This document shows, one piece after another, positions 13,711 through 27,049 of a stretch of DNA of 64,000 nt. The translations under genes were made by a program, and so were the position numbers. Source of the stretch: Rhina ancylostomus. Its lineage: Eukaryota. A model generated the notes under the pieces. The model did no database searches. It had not been told where the DNA came from and saw only the letters and a list, made by a program, of their open reading frames with translations. The first letter of the stretch is position 1; every line of letters starts with the position of its first letter. The DNA is taken from the NCBI GenBank assembly GCA_030265395.1, contig JARFYF010000050.1:19465899-19529898 (forward strand), given 5' to 3'.

Positions 13711-14984
13711 AACAGCATTGTGTTGAACACACGGACTGCCTGTATTGTACACACCAAAGTAGAGATTGATGTATACACATCCTGCAAATGACAGAATGCC
13801 ACACAGAAGCTTAGCATGTGTAGAGATTCCCAGAGATTTGTGGGAAACAGGTGGGTACAGTATTTAGAATGTAGGGTGGTACAGTGTTAAAATCACAGGT
13901 GGTAAGATCCATGCAGATTTATCTGAAAAGTGTTTGGCAGTCTACTGTAATGACAGGTTGCAAGTTACACTCATATTCACGTTGGAACAGCTTGTCACAG
14001 CAGTGATGGACATATCATTAGCCTACATAATGGACTTATATGGATTAGATTTATAATCTAACATATCAAGTTGTAGAAATGCTACATTCTATGCACAGAA
14101 TTTATATACTAAGTATATATGTCTTACCATTACTGCTTGACAAGGTATGTATATTCTTAAGTAAGTTTAATCAGCCTTTTGTGATAATATTCAGACAGCC
14201 TGGTCCATTTGCACTAAAACCAATGTAAAGGATCATGGCTTAAAGGTGATGCACTTATTAAGAGATTTTTTTCATAGCAGGTACACAATGCAATTAAAAC
14301 ATCCAAGAGTTATGAGACTAATACTGTGATACTGAGATTGTCCTAATCAGGAGCTACATGGGAATGATTGTTTTGTCAGAACTTGGAGTTAGATGTTTCG
14401 CTGTGTTGCTAATGATCATTAAAAGTGAAATGGATTACATTTAGGACTGCTTTGGGACCAAGTTGCTTTCATGTCTGCTGAGTTACACCAATTTAGGTTC
14501 ACTTGTTAGAGACTTGTTTTTGCTTCATGTAAAGTGCCCTAGGGCAGGGACAACATCATTAGCTGATTGTTCCCAGCCCTGCTTTTCAGTTAGGAAAGTG
14601 AGCCAGCACAGTATGAATCTGACTCCAGCCAGCCATTATTAGCCTCAGAGTCGAATCCCAACTCTTAAAAGGTTAAGCTTGCCTTTTGATTAGGTGGGGA
14701 TTTTAACTAGTTAGCTCTCTCTAAAGACCGGAGACTACTTTAGGCCAGGTTGGGCATTTGAACTTATCCAGTTTACTCATCTTGGAAAAATGCAAAAATT
14801 CTCAAGTGAACAAACAATCCTAAAAAGAGAAATTGTTTGCTTCGGAAATTGATTGGAATGATCCAAAAATTACCGGTAAAGTGTTTTACAATGTCAGCAA
14901 TGTTGCCACATCAATGATTGGAAGGCCATTTACTTCAATCATAATGTAAAATTCAAAAGGAGTTCCAGTTATCAGGAGAGACTG

Positions 14985-15395
14985 CATTGACTTTGTTTTC
15001 CTTAGAGGGGAGAAGCTGAGGGGGTCCTGATAAGGTATACAAAATTATGAGTGGCATAAATAGGACAGGTTTACCTATAGCAGAGAATTACTNNNNNNNN
15101 NNNNNNNNNNNNNNNNNNNNNNNNNNNNNNNNNNNNNNNNNNNNNNNNNNNNNNNNNNNNNNNNNNNNNNNNNNNNNNNNNNNNNNNNNNNNNNNNNNNN
15201 NNGCCTGACTGGGAAGTGGAGCAGGTATTCCCACAATATTTAAGAAGTATCTGATAAGCATTTGAACTACCAAGATGGAGAAGGCAATGCACCAAGGTGT
15301 AGTATATGGAATTAACATAGATGGGTACTAGATGGTAGGCATGGATAAAGTGAGCTGAAGGGCCTGGTTCTGTGCTATATGACTATGACTTCTTA
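14985..15395 (+). mobile_element. CR1 LINE 3' fragment spanning an N-gap
   Basis: gagaagctgagggggtcctgataaggtatacaaaattatgag; tail gctgaagggcctggttctgtgctatatgactatgact. Confidence 0.85.
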
Positions 15396-16242
15396 TGAAA
15401 TACATTGCTAAACAATTCTAACTGCGATAGATCCACCAGCAGCTGTAGAGGTCAACATGAAGTTTCAGGCTTCTGGAGTGGTCCGTTCCTGTCAGAACAA
15501 ATGAATTATCCTCCTCAATAAACACTTTAATATGGTAACCATATCCTGCTAATATCTCTATCTTGTGTTTGAGATTATTAGCATTTTTAAAACCCTTACT
15601 AGCTATTGCCAGCAGCCAAGTGTAGTGGATTCAGGAATCTCAAAGTCAGTTAAAGTGCTCTGTATTTATTTTTATTGCATGATCGAAACTTGACCCTGCT
15701 TTTACGAGACATTCTATCTTTAAATGTTTTATTGAAGATCCAGTGTTTACGTCTATCATGCCCTGGAGGCTTTGCTCTGTCAAGTTCTGCCAATGCAGCT
15801 TGGTTTTTCAATCCCAAACAATGTGGCAAAAGGTCAAAAGATTGTAAAGTTTAAGATGCGAAGAGTGCAGAGGTCAGCTGTTAAGTAATTCACTGTGTAA
15901 ACTCTGTAAATGAGCATTCATTAGCGTCCATTCTCCATAAAGCCAGGACAAGGCTTGGCAGAAGGTATCTAATGACCGCTCTATTGCTAAAGATCTTACA
16001 CAAAGTGAGGTTGGAAACCACAGAATATTTATGGGACTGTCTGAATTAGATTTATGAAGTATGAGTTTAAGAATAGAAACAAGAATATCACATACTAATA
16101 TTTTGCAATTTATCTCAATACAGAGAATAAGTGTTTAAGTATTTATAAGTCACCAACTGTCATTGGTACAAATGATGTTTGGTGACTTTATTAGTTTAAT
16201 ATAAAGATCATCAATGTAGGAAATTTCTATCTACCTACATTA

Positions 16243-16297
16243 AAAGATGTATTTCATCATGTGTTTCGATGAGTTATATGACTAATAAAGATATCTA
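16243..16297 (+). mobile_element. Isolated SINE/LINE 3' tail
   Basis: aaagatgtatttcatcatgtgtttcgatgagttatatgactaataaagatatct; the same gactaataaagatatct end recurs at ~47996-48012. Confidence 0.45.
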
Positions 16298-17969
16298 ACT
16301 CCTTGAGTGTTTTTGAGGATGTATTATTATTGGTTGAGTAACTACAGCTGGGCACTTCTGCTGTACTTGATTATCATGTTCTAAATCCAGGGAATGATCA
16401 GTAACACCCAAGAATAAACTATAATAAATGAAACCTATGATTATTGTATTCTTTCTCCTCTCTTCACTGAGATAATTGTATATCACTGAAAATGGGTTAA
16501 GATCACAATCAAGTCTTTGTACATAGACAAAGAAAGTGATAGTTCAAAGGAAAATTATAAGATCAATAGCATTTAACTATAACATGACTGCCAGGTTGCT
16601 GTGATGGTTTACAAAGTGATAAGTATGGTTGAGCATAAAACAGTAGTTTCTATACATCTGTGAAGTGCCTCTAAAGTTCCATTAAATAATCCAACTAAGG
16701 ACAAATCTCCTGTGCTCCATTTTGACCAAGGCTTGGATATCTTCAGGGAACATCAATCTGCACAAAAGGGAGGTGGAATCCTACTTAATAAAGGAGAATT
16801 ATAAATTGTTTGTTTCCTGTTTTTGCTGGTCATTTCTCTGGCGAGGTGACATATTTACACCAAATGCTTAGACCCTATCACTGTCCTCACGCTGTGGCAT
16901 TGTTGCATTTATTTGTTGTTGTAAGTAGAATAATTATTAGCAAATCCTTTGATTGTTAACACTGCCTATGATTTTACAAATATGCCTTCCTCAATAGCAA
17001 CACTTAGGACCTCTCATAAATGAACAAGAGATTGATTGACTATAAAGAGCTTAGTCCTCCTGAAATAATACTTACTGGACAAAGGCTGTGACACTTAATA
17101 ATTGTGCAATGGAGTAAACTTGAATATTCTTCTGTAAAACCACAGAGGTGAGACAGGGAGTATGTGACAGATGGAGCAATTCCCTTCCATTTACAAGTGT
17201 AAGGAATCTAGATACAAAGAGTTAATGAATCTAACCTTTAAAAGGAAAATACATCCATTTTATGAATAACCCTGCAAAGAAATAAAAAAAAATCTAATAT
17301 TTACCACCAACTGCATTTAGAGAAAATGAAAGCTATATGTGCTGAGGTACAATATTTTCCTGTAGTTGATATATTTGGATAATGTTACAAAAATGAGACA
17401 ACTAAGCCAAGTTAAATTATAGCCTTTAACTTACATTCTTCTGTAATTTAGCAGTACACAGAAAAGCTAGCTCCAAGGCTAAGGCATTATAAAGGACCTA
17501 ATATTAACTATTAATTGCATCAAAACCATGCATCAATATATGGACTGTAACACAGGAGTATTTACTGGTGATTTTGCAGGTTATAAATCATGGCCACAAA
17601 TTATAGATATCAAAACATAACATTATGTTGGCACCACTACACATAATTCTACATAACCTCAATAATCTAAGCTATCTGCATATTCATAGGACTAGAAGCT
17701 TCAGTGGGAATGAAGCCAAAAGCTTTCTTAAGTGAATGAATTAATTGACAATCATTATGCCTAGAGATTCACCTTCTAACAGCTCAGCACTAGTGAGGAA
17801 TTGTGTTGTTTTGCTGTTCTGGAGTTTTAGAGACACTGCTGGATCACATGATGCTTCAAACACACACAAAAAAGTTTGAAACAGCAAACCTTTGAGAAAC
17901 TAACCCCTTGAGTGTTTAAAACAAATCCAGAGACAGGAACATGAATGCAAACAAGTATGTTTTTTCCAA

Positions 17970-18125
17970 ACACAAAAATGAAGCACTTTGGATGTTAGAA
18001 ATCTGTAATAAAAAAAGTGCTGCAAATACTCAGGAAGTCAAGCTGCATCTGACACTGATCTTACATATTAACAAATCTACTGCCTAACCTGCTGAGTACT
18101 TAGAGCAGTTTCTGTCTTTATTTAA
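17970..18125. mobile_element. Palindromic (head-to-head) Penelope pLTR-derived remnant
   Basis: gtgctgcaaatactcaggaagtcaagctgcatctg followed by its imperfect inverse ctgcctaacctgctgagtacttagagcagtttctg. Confidence 0.6.
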
Positions 18126-18419
18126 GAACTTTCTCCTTGCCTAAAGAAACTTTGGGCTATTTTGTTCTTTCTATTTGCCAGATAACCAATATTGCAATGA
18201 GGTGAGGTAGCATTAGTAAAATACTTGCAATAACATTTTGTTAAGTTTCCAATAAGGTTGTAAGGCAGGATCGAAGATCATTCCATGATTTTTTTTTAAA
18301 AAAATAAATTTTAATTTAAATGTAATTTTGCTCTTTAAAATATATTCATAATTTCTTTAAAGGAGAATTTATAGCCTAAAGCAACAGTCAAGTGTATCTT
18401 TGGATATTGTCACAAGGTA

Positions 18420-19320
18420 ACAATTATAGGGAACAAAGGCCATTCAGCCCATACCAATTCATCTATTTAATGAAATTATAATCATCCCTGTCATAACACT
18501 GAATAGCTTTTGAACTAATTACAGGTTTAGTTATGGACTTTTCTATCTGGAAATTTATCCCACAGATTGATCATTATTTTGAAAGAAGCATTTCCTAATA
18601 GATTTTATTAATTTACATTATGCAATAGAAATTCATTTTCAATCATTTACATTGAACCCACAAATAGATAATAGGGGCCCCCATTATATTCCCTTTCAAT
18701 TCCACTGGGTGCAAGTTTTACCTATGCCTCTTTGTTCAACTCCAATGCTTTAATTCATAGAAAAATTTTGACTAACAGTCTTCCATATTTCCATATGTCT
18801 CATTTCTTGGGCATCTCCTTCACAACCAAAAATTGCCCACATCTATCCAGCCTTACCTCTTCAGGTTCTTGACACTGAAGATTCATTAACCTCATGATTC
18901 TTCTCAGCATTGTTCTTAGAAATTTCTGAGTTTTTTTTCAGACATTGATGATGTGAACTAGATGCATTGTACAAGGTGTGATTTGACTGTGCAATTTGAT
19001 CATTACCTCCTCTGAATTACATTCATTGTTTTATCAAAGTTGTTCAACATCCCATTAACTTAGCAATTTGCTGCTTGGCATTGGTTGGATGAACATGTTT
19101 GAGACTTGACAAGCGATTAGTAAAATGCTTGGTAGGAAATATCCTTAGTGGCTTCATATCCTTAGTTTCCAAGAATTCTGCAACAGTTAAGATTTTCTCC
19201 TGATATTTTTGGGTCTGTTCTACATTAACCAATAGAATTTAACTGCTACCATTAGTCATTACCATATCAATATTAGAATGATGTTTAGTCTTGGATCTTT
19301 CTTCATTTAAGTAGTTATCA
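18420..19320 (-). mobile_element. Old, highly degraded CR1 fragment
   Basis: Begins with the reversed tail gaacaaaggccattcagccc and continues with residual CR1-like segments (tgtacaaggtgtgatttgact; caacatcccattaacttagc). Confidence 0.5.
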
Positions 19321-19342
19321 AGTTTAATGTCACCTCTCAAGT

Positions 19343-19760
19343 GTCATAGAGTTATAGATTAATACACCATAGAAACAGGCTCTNNNNNNNNNNNNNNNNN
19401 NNNNNNNNNNNNNNNNNNNNNNNNNNNNNNNNNNNNNNNNNNNNNNNNNNNNNNNNNNNNNNNNNNNNNNNNNNNNNNNNNNNTTGGGCCCACTATATCC
19501 ATGTGCGTAGCATTTCATTCTTGGCAATTCAAGTGCTCACCTAAATGCTTCATAGAATTCTGTGAGAGTATTTGCATCCACCATCCACACAGATAGTGCT
19601 ATTCCAAACTCTAACCACCCACTGGATGAACAAGGACCTCCTTAGTTCCCCTCTAACCCTCTTAATCCTCACCCTAAACCTGTGCCCTCTCATCTTAAGA
19701 TACCTTTGCTATGGGCAAAAGTATTATCTAACTTATACATGCCTCCTAGGTTCTTTTCAA
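19343..19760 (-). mobile_element. CR1 LINE 3' end spanning a 100-N gap
   Basis: tcatagagttata...catagaaacaggc; attccaaactctaaccacccactggatgaa; accctaaacctgtgccctct. Confidence 0.8.
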
Positions 19761-21229
19761 CTTCATTTTTAGCTAGTTTAACATCATTTCTGGTGTATGC
19801 ATGCTGCCTAGGTTGAATGAGTGAAAATCCATCTTGCTAGAGACAGAATTGTTCAAATTACCAGAGATGAGTGAAAATGAATTGTCCTTCTGCAGTACGG
19901 TATAAAACAATCACCACCTCACTCAAATGCACTCAACATTCATAGCTTGTAGCAGTACAGGACTGTGTGCAAATCTTTGAACATAAACTAAAATCTGATC
20001 AGGCAGCTGTTTGATTATTCGATCATGCAAACATTTGTTAGACACTAATAGAAACTGAGTGACTGGTCAAATTGCCCTTATGCTTGTAATCCCAATTCCA
20101 TTAAATCCGTTATCTGTGGTGCATCAGCCCAAAAAGATTTAAAGACTGAAACCTGGAGATGTAATTCTGTAAATGTTAGCTGATCGCGCTGTTCCTATCC
20201 AGATATTTGCTAAGGCAGCTTTATTTGTTAAAAGGTTTCCAAATATATGTATATCTGTGATGTGTACACATCACTATGCACAGGAAATATATGATTAAAT
20301 GACAAATTAAATGGCTTGCCTGATGAAGTAGTCAGATGCATATAAAATTTCTCAGTTTACAGCTTTAAGGAAATAACAAATCCAATTACACCTTACTCTG
20401 TCTGACTTTTAAGTTTGGTACTGCAATAGAAAAACATTGTCCTCAATGGGCTAAAGGGGAATTTCAAACACAATGTAAAATTTACATAAGGTTACAATTT
20501 TCTAATTCTTAAGAATTATTTCTCTGAATTATGTTAATCACATAGTAACACCTTAATAAAGTACACAAATACCAAGTAATTAACAAATGAATTTAAGACA
20601 GAATTTCAATAATGATGAATTAGTTGTACATGAGCTCCCATTGTCTGTTGCTAATTAGTTCAGCACAGGTGGAATCAGATACACTTCCTTTCAAATTTGC
20701 AAGCAATAATCTTAACCCCACTTTCTTTTAGGCTTTAGTAAAGTGTGTCTCTCATTTATCATCTTCACTTCCTTTGACACTCTTAAGTAATGTTTTAGCC
20801 CCACAGTAATTTGTTATTTTAGATTGGCCCCAAGAACCTTTCTATCAAGCTGAAGTTAACTCAGTCCTTGTACAAATCCTTCATGCTGATTTTACTTATT
20901 GGATGAGACCACCCAGTAGAGAACAATTCACAGTTCTTCACTATGTTCTTAAGTCACCTTATTGGTCTTCCATTCAAGTATGCTGCTGGTTTCATATCAA
21001 TGTGCTATTAAAATTAGGTGTGCATTGCCAGAAAGTCCTGATATGGGTGCAGCAAAAGATCTTCCTAAAATAGTATTAATAAAATATAAATTGAGTATAG
21101 TCAATTGGTTTGAATTCCAAAATGAATATTATGCCTTGTTTTATGTTGGTGAATTCAAAGCAACTAATAATAAATGACCCAGACAAAAAATAAAATCAGA
21201 AAAGCATATGGTTATTATTTTGTATCCTT

Positions 21230-23350
21230 GGGAAATGCTAACTGCAGAATGATCAATTTGAATTCAGTTTGAGATTTGAAAATATAAGGAATCAGAAGCC
21301 AGGTGGACAGTATTACCAATGCTCTATTTGAGGAAAAGAGGGAAAGACTTAAACAATTTGACTGGGAGCACCTTGAGCAATGGACTTCAGCAAAGGCCAA
21401 TGAATGCAAACTTGAAGGGCATATGATGTTCAGTGCACAGAATAAATATCCACCCAGTCTACGACAATGCAGGTTAACAAATTATGATTTAAAATGGCTT
21501 AATAATTAATCAACAGTGAAATGAGGGAGAGACATAACTTGTACAGATCTTGCAATGAGAAAGATGCAGATACACAGTGGATGAATAATGAACATGAGTA
21601 GTCAGAAGGTCAAAAGGCATAGCAGCAGTCAAAATTTTTTTCAAAGGTACAAGCTTAATGGGCTTTTAAAATCATGGAAACGTTAAAATATTGAAGAAGT
21701 CCTATGAGAGAATTGACATAACATAGCCTTAGACTAAACAATTACTTTTTTTTCAAGTAAGTCTCAGAATTAGTAATTCCTTTGAAGTTTAAGGAGATTC
21801 AGCACGTCATCAAAGACTCTGACAAACTCCTACAGATGTAAGGTGGAAAGCATTCTGACTGGTTACATCACAGCCTGGTATGGAAACTCCTATGCATTGG
21901 AACACAAGAGGCTACAGAGAGTGGTGGACCCAGCCAGTTCCATCATGGGTACAGCTCTCTCCGTCATTGAGGACATTTACAAGAGGTGACATCTCAGGCA
22001 GGCAACATCCATCACCAAGGGCCACGCCCTCTTCTCGATGCTGCCATCTGGCAGGAGATGTAGGAGCCTGAAGATCCACACCTCAAAGTTCAACAACAGT
22101 TTCTTTCCCTCTGCCATTAGGTTCCTGAATTGACCTGAAAAACCCCAACATTACCTCAGACTCTTTTTTTCTATCCCTCAACTTGCACTAATGTTGTTAT
22201 GTTTATTTTATTTTATTTTGTCACGTAAGTTATGTAGAATTTATGTTAATTTAAATCTATGTGAACTTATGTTTGTAATGCACCCTGCTGTTGCTAACAT
22301 TCATGGCATTATACCCTGGGTATATATGCCTGTGACAATGACAATAAACTTAAACTTGAACAAAAGTCTGAGCAAAAATCCAAGATGGGTTAAAAGTGGG
22401 TTCAAAATGAAATATGTTGACTGAAATATGGTATTTATTCTGCAGTAAGGAAACAGAAAGGGATATGGTTGCTAATGTGTTGATGATCCATCAGAGGTTA
22501 AAAACAATGAGGTCATAGAAGATTAAAAACATGCAAGTATTTTTCATTTTTCAAAATAGATGACAATTGCAAATATATTAAACTTACATCAAACCATGAA
22601 AAGTAATGGAATCAATTAGCATGAGTAAATACACGGATTATCGGTTTGATTATAAACTAATAAACTGCGGCCAATCTGGTTTTTAGAAAGGCAACATCCT
22701 GCCTGAACTTCTGCCATTAATGAGGATCTGGCTTGCAAGTGGACTGAGGAAAACAATACAACATGGTGGGTTTTGAATTTCACACCATATTTGTTGCAGG
22801 AACAGCTACTTGTTAGAGTTGGTCTTTTTCTTCGTCCATTGCCAGACGGGGTGTTTCAGAGATCATTGCTTGGACACTTTTGTTTTAAGTTAGATTTGGA
22901 AATTCGAAGCAAACGTTGAATTTTACAGGCAATAATAAATGAACAAGGGCCGATGGATATAAGGAAGCAGACTGAAAACAAGCTTGATTCAATATATAAA
23001 TGAACATATCAATACCATATGTAAGTTAATATGGACAGGTGCACAAGAGAAGTAAATGAAGTTTCCATGAATGATGCAACATAGGTAAGAGTGAAGTTAT
23101 GAAAGATTGGTAGATTCAACCACATTCAATCATGCTGACAGACAATTAACAAAGAAAAAGAATAGGAAATTAAGACCAGTCTCAGGAAACTCTTCCTTGC
23201 TAAAAAGAGTAATAGTGGAAAAGATGTTGGATTCATTTAAGAGCCAGATTAATTCATCGGATTGGTTGGGAGCTGTAAAGTCTGTCTGGATGGATGACCT
23301 CAGACGGGTTGAATGGCCTACCTCATCTGTATCTATCTTGTTATCTCTGT
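21230..23350 (+). mobile_element. Old degraded CR1 ORF2 and 3' end, interrupted by a Rex1-type insertion
   Basis: Residual RT motifs ttagaaaggcaacatcctgcctgaac (GFRKGRSCLTN-like, ~22683) and ggggtgtttcagagatcattgcttggac (GVPQGSVLGP-like, ~22847); tail gggttgaatggcctacctc at ~23306. Confidence 0.55.
21790..22360 (+). mobile_element. Rex1/Babar-type LINE 3' fragment (DUF1891-like region)
   Basis: RRFSTSSKTLTNSYRCKVESILTGYITAWYGN..LQRVVDPASSIMGTALSVIEDIY..GHALFSMLPSGRRCRSLKIHTSKFNNSFFPSAIRFLN; tail gacaataaacttaaacttgaac. Confidence 0.9.
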
Positions 23351-24599
23351 GTCCTTAATCAGTTGTGATAGAGCTAATTATTCAGATGTCTTCTAGACAG
23401 GACATGTAGCTCATCTCTGTATCTTCTAGAGTTAGTGCGGCAATTACTGTTGACATTTCAACTTATCTATATTGTATTTAGTTTAGTTGATACGAAATAA
23501 GTTCTTTAAGTAGTTTGCAATTAATAATTCCTCCAAATACACTCTTCCCAACTATGTATGGTTTTCTAAAAACCCATTCTGTTAAGGTGGCACAAAATTT
23601 TTCAATAAATAATTCTGTTCTTTATCTGTTTTAGAATCCATTGTTACAACTTTATTATTTTCATTTGCATGACCAAGTTCTCACATATTATAATTAAAAG
23701 AAAAACAACGTTTTTATCCATTTTTTTAAAATGCAGTAAATAATCAACATTCAGCAGGTAAGATTACAACCAGACAATATTTTGTGGCAATAGCTTCATA
23801 AATAAATTGAACACTCTTATGTGTTTTATCTTGCTTTTGTTCCCAATAGAAATATCCTTGGAAAAAGTGCAGCTTAGCAACAGGTTCATCCTGATGGTTA
23901 TGCTTCAGTAACTCAGGCTGTGAGAATATGTATTTATCAAAAGCAAGAATAATGTAGTGGATGTATCTAAACGAGGCAACTCTGCTGCTTTCAGAAAGTA
24001 TGTTGCAGACTGCAGGTCAGACTTTTGTCTTATATTTGGAGGTCATTATCTAGATCGCACCTGAGCCTTTGGAATCTTAAACATCTTTGGCCAAAATGAA
24101 CCTACCTTTCTCTGGTAATTCAGAAGAGAACTGCTGGTGAGGTCCTCTTTGTGGAACAGCCCATTTCTGGCTTCCACGCCTGTACACAGCCTGTCTCCAG
24201 TCAGAAATGGACTGGAGGTCAGAACCTGTACCTCTGGCCTCCAGCTCCCTGCTGGACCCAGCACACTCTGCAGGCAGAGCCTAGTTCTGCTGAGTCGAGA
24301 AGCAGGATACATTCCATTTGAATGGGCTTGCTGAATTGGATGGAAAAGGTAAGTGAAGGTAAGTGATTTTTTTTACCACTTTAATGAATTTATATCAATT
24401 GAATGTGTTCTTAAATAAATTTATTCTTGACATTTTAATAACTTTTAATTACTTAAATTTATTTCAACTATTGTTAAATTTCTCTGATTATCAAAGCCAT
24501 TGAGATGAAAGATGAGTCAGAAGACATACACTCAGGATGCACTGCCCGCAAATCAAAAAATACCCCAGAGGTAAAGAATCTCAAACAAAAACAGATTGC

Positions 24600-25300
24600 T
24601 GTTTTTATTCTATCACCTGAGGCCTAGTTGCTGCTGTTTCACCTTCTGGGATGATTGCACTGGCAAGGCCTCCAGCTTAATTGGACCTATAGAGCTATTA
24701 GAGATTTGTGAGACCACAGGGATCAGGGATCACATAGATGGGCTGGCCAAGGGCACAGATATAAAGCATGGGGAAGATATAGCACAATCCAGCCTATTCT
24801 TTTTCAATGAATCATATCAGCATGGATATGCAATAGAGTCAAAAGTACTAAACTCTAGACTTGTTCAGCATTTACAGATTGATTGGACCTTCTGGTCATG
24901 TGTGCTTCACCTTCATCTCCTGGGAGGATCAGAAGTATTGGCCAACACAGTGAAACAAATCATTGCAGCCTTTTACATTTCTCCACATAAACATTACTTA
25001 CTGCAGTTATTCCACTTGGTCAATATTATTCTCCTTCACAGAAGGATCCATGTCTAGTTTAAGGAACTGCACTTAAATCTCTGTTGGATCCCACTTTTCT
25101 TTTGCTTTTTCTCCCCATTGCCAGAGTACTGTTGCTTCTTCCAAATGTTTCTCTTTTTTGTAATATTTGTAAGACAGCCTTCTTCACCAGGCCTTTTTCC
25201 AACAGACTACTTTCTTCCCTTCTAACTCTCTTCTTCCCCACGACTGTTGTTTTATTTTTAATAATCTGCCCTGCTTTCTTTCAACTCCTTTAAGTCATCC
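24600..25300 (-). mobile_element. Highly degraded L1/Tx1-type reverse transcriptase fragment
   Basis: The minus strand has aggctggattgtgctatatcttccccatgctttatatctgtgcccttgg, resembling RQGCPLSPMLYICALEP with a frameshift, downstream of an NWRPISLLCGDYK-like segment (~24980-25020). Many stops. Confidence 0.4.
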
Positions 25301-26174
25301 ACCCTGTAATGTATATTTTCACACCATGGAACAAGCAGAGGACTTCCTGGTACCTACTATTGTACTCTTGATCTACTGCCAGCAATCTCTAAAGTGATTT
25401 CTATGTATCTCAGCTTCTACTGTTGCCTTCCTCCTCATGGGGAGACATGTATATTTTGTGCAGCTNNNNNNNNNNNNNNNNNNNNNNNNNNNNNNNNNNN
25501 NNNNNNNNNNNNNNNNNNNNNNNNNNNNNNNNNNNNNNNNNNNNNNNNNNNNNNNNNNNNNNNNNNNNNNNNNNNNNNNNNNNNNNNNNNNNNNNNNNNN
25601 NNNNCATGTCCTAATCGCATCCCATTTTCAGAGGTCAAAATTGACCTCACTGTTCGGCCCAGCTCATTTAATTCTGATACAAGATCTAGTATTACAAGAC
25701 CATTGTAATCTGTTCATAATGCAGGCAAATAACTGCTTCCTTTCTTTTTCATTAGATTAAACAAGACCCATTAGCTGTTTCCCGCAGCATCTCATTGATG
25801 CTGAATGGGAAATTTCTCGGTTAGCTAACAGCTAAAGAAGTTTAGCCCTGAATAATATATTGAACTGTGGCATTCTTCTTAAATTGGATGATATCTAGTC
25901 TCACTAAATCTGCAAGGATGATGAAATCATTTTAAAATACTGTTACGGAAGATAAAGGGACAAGAAGTGCCACGAACGCATAATTTCACCTTCCGATATT
26001 GATCACATTTATTGAAAGATATGAACAATGCTTAATTTGCTGCATTTTATAAATATGTAAAATGAAGAGTAAAAGGATGGACTAATTCATATATCAAATA
26101 ATATTCAAGGATCTATTTAAAATAAGATAGAAGGAACAGCCAGATACACCAGAGGTACTGGACTTACTGAGGAC

Positions 26175-26315
26175 ATGGGAAATAGAATCTGGAGGAGGCT
26201 ATTTAACTCCCCACACCTACTCCATCACTCACTGCGAACATGGCTGATTGTTTACCTTCCTGTACTAGCCTCATATTCCTTAATTCTCTGAACATCCAAA
26301 CATCCACTGATCTCT
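26175..26315 (-). mobile_element. Degraded CR1 3' end
   Basis: ggaaatagaatctggaggaggctatttaactcc...catggctgat...catattccttaattctct. Confidence 0.55.
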
Positions 26316-27049
26316 AAGCTCGCTTCATTAAGTATTCTGTGAGATTTAAACCCTGACAACATTAATTAGGTTGTTGGGCTACCTTGCATATTCTGTGGTT
26401 CATATAAACATGCAGGATTACCCCAGATTATTCCCCATTCTTCTAGAAGTTCTACGGTACTTCTGCTCTTCATTCTCCCTCCATCAAAAGCACCCTCACT
26501 TATGGGAATCTACCTGGCTATTGTTTGGCTGTATTCTCCTATTTGTAGCCTGAAGGACATCATGGTCACTAAGTTAGCAGCATATATTTATATTGCTTTT
26601 GGCTGCTTCTTAGATTGGCGATCCCAATGGATGGATGATACACAATGAGGGTGAACTTGAAGAACAAAGTCCATTTTATGAAATGAAACATGACATGGAC
26701 ACTGGACCTCTTGTGCTCAGCCCAACCTCCATCTGTTCATTAAATCACAGCTTTCCTGTTGGATCTGAACTTCACGTAAGGTTATTTATTTTACATTGAC
26801 ATCTAGTGAAACACCTAATTGAAGAATGTCTCATGTTCTCAGCTAATTAGCTTCTGAGTCTCCTGGACACTTTAATCAAATGAGTTCTGGTGTTTTTGGG
26901 TGAAGAAGCCAAGAGTCTCCTCACATGTGCTCATTATGGTGGCCTAGAGGGCAGTCTAGATGCTGTGGACACTCTGTGGTTCCTAATGGTTGGGAGTTGT
27001 CAGGAATGTTTGTGAGGTGCTATCTGAGAAGAGTTGACTTTGTGGGGTC

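Noticed and set aside
14541-14580. Imperfect 40-nt hairpin agggcagggacaa...ttgttcccagccct
   Set aside because: Too short for a pre-miRNA and has no other supporting signal.
24596-25057. 153-aa + strand ORF
   Set aside because: It starts at a non-ATG codon, has no recognisable domain and lies antisense to a probable decayed RT fragment.
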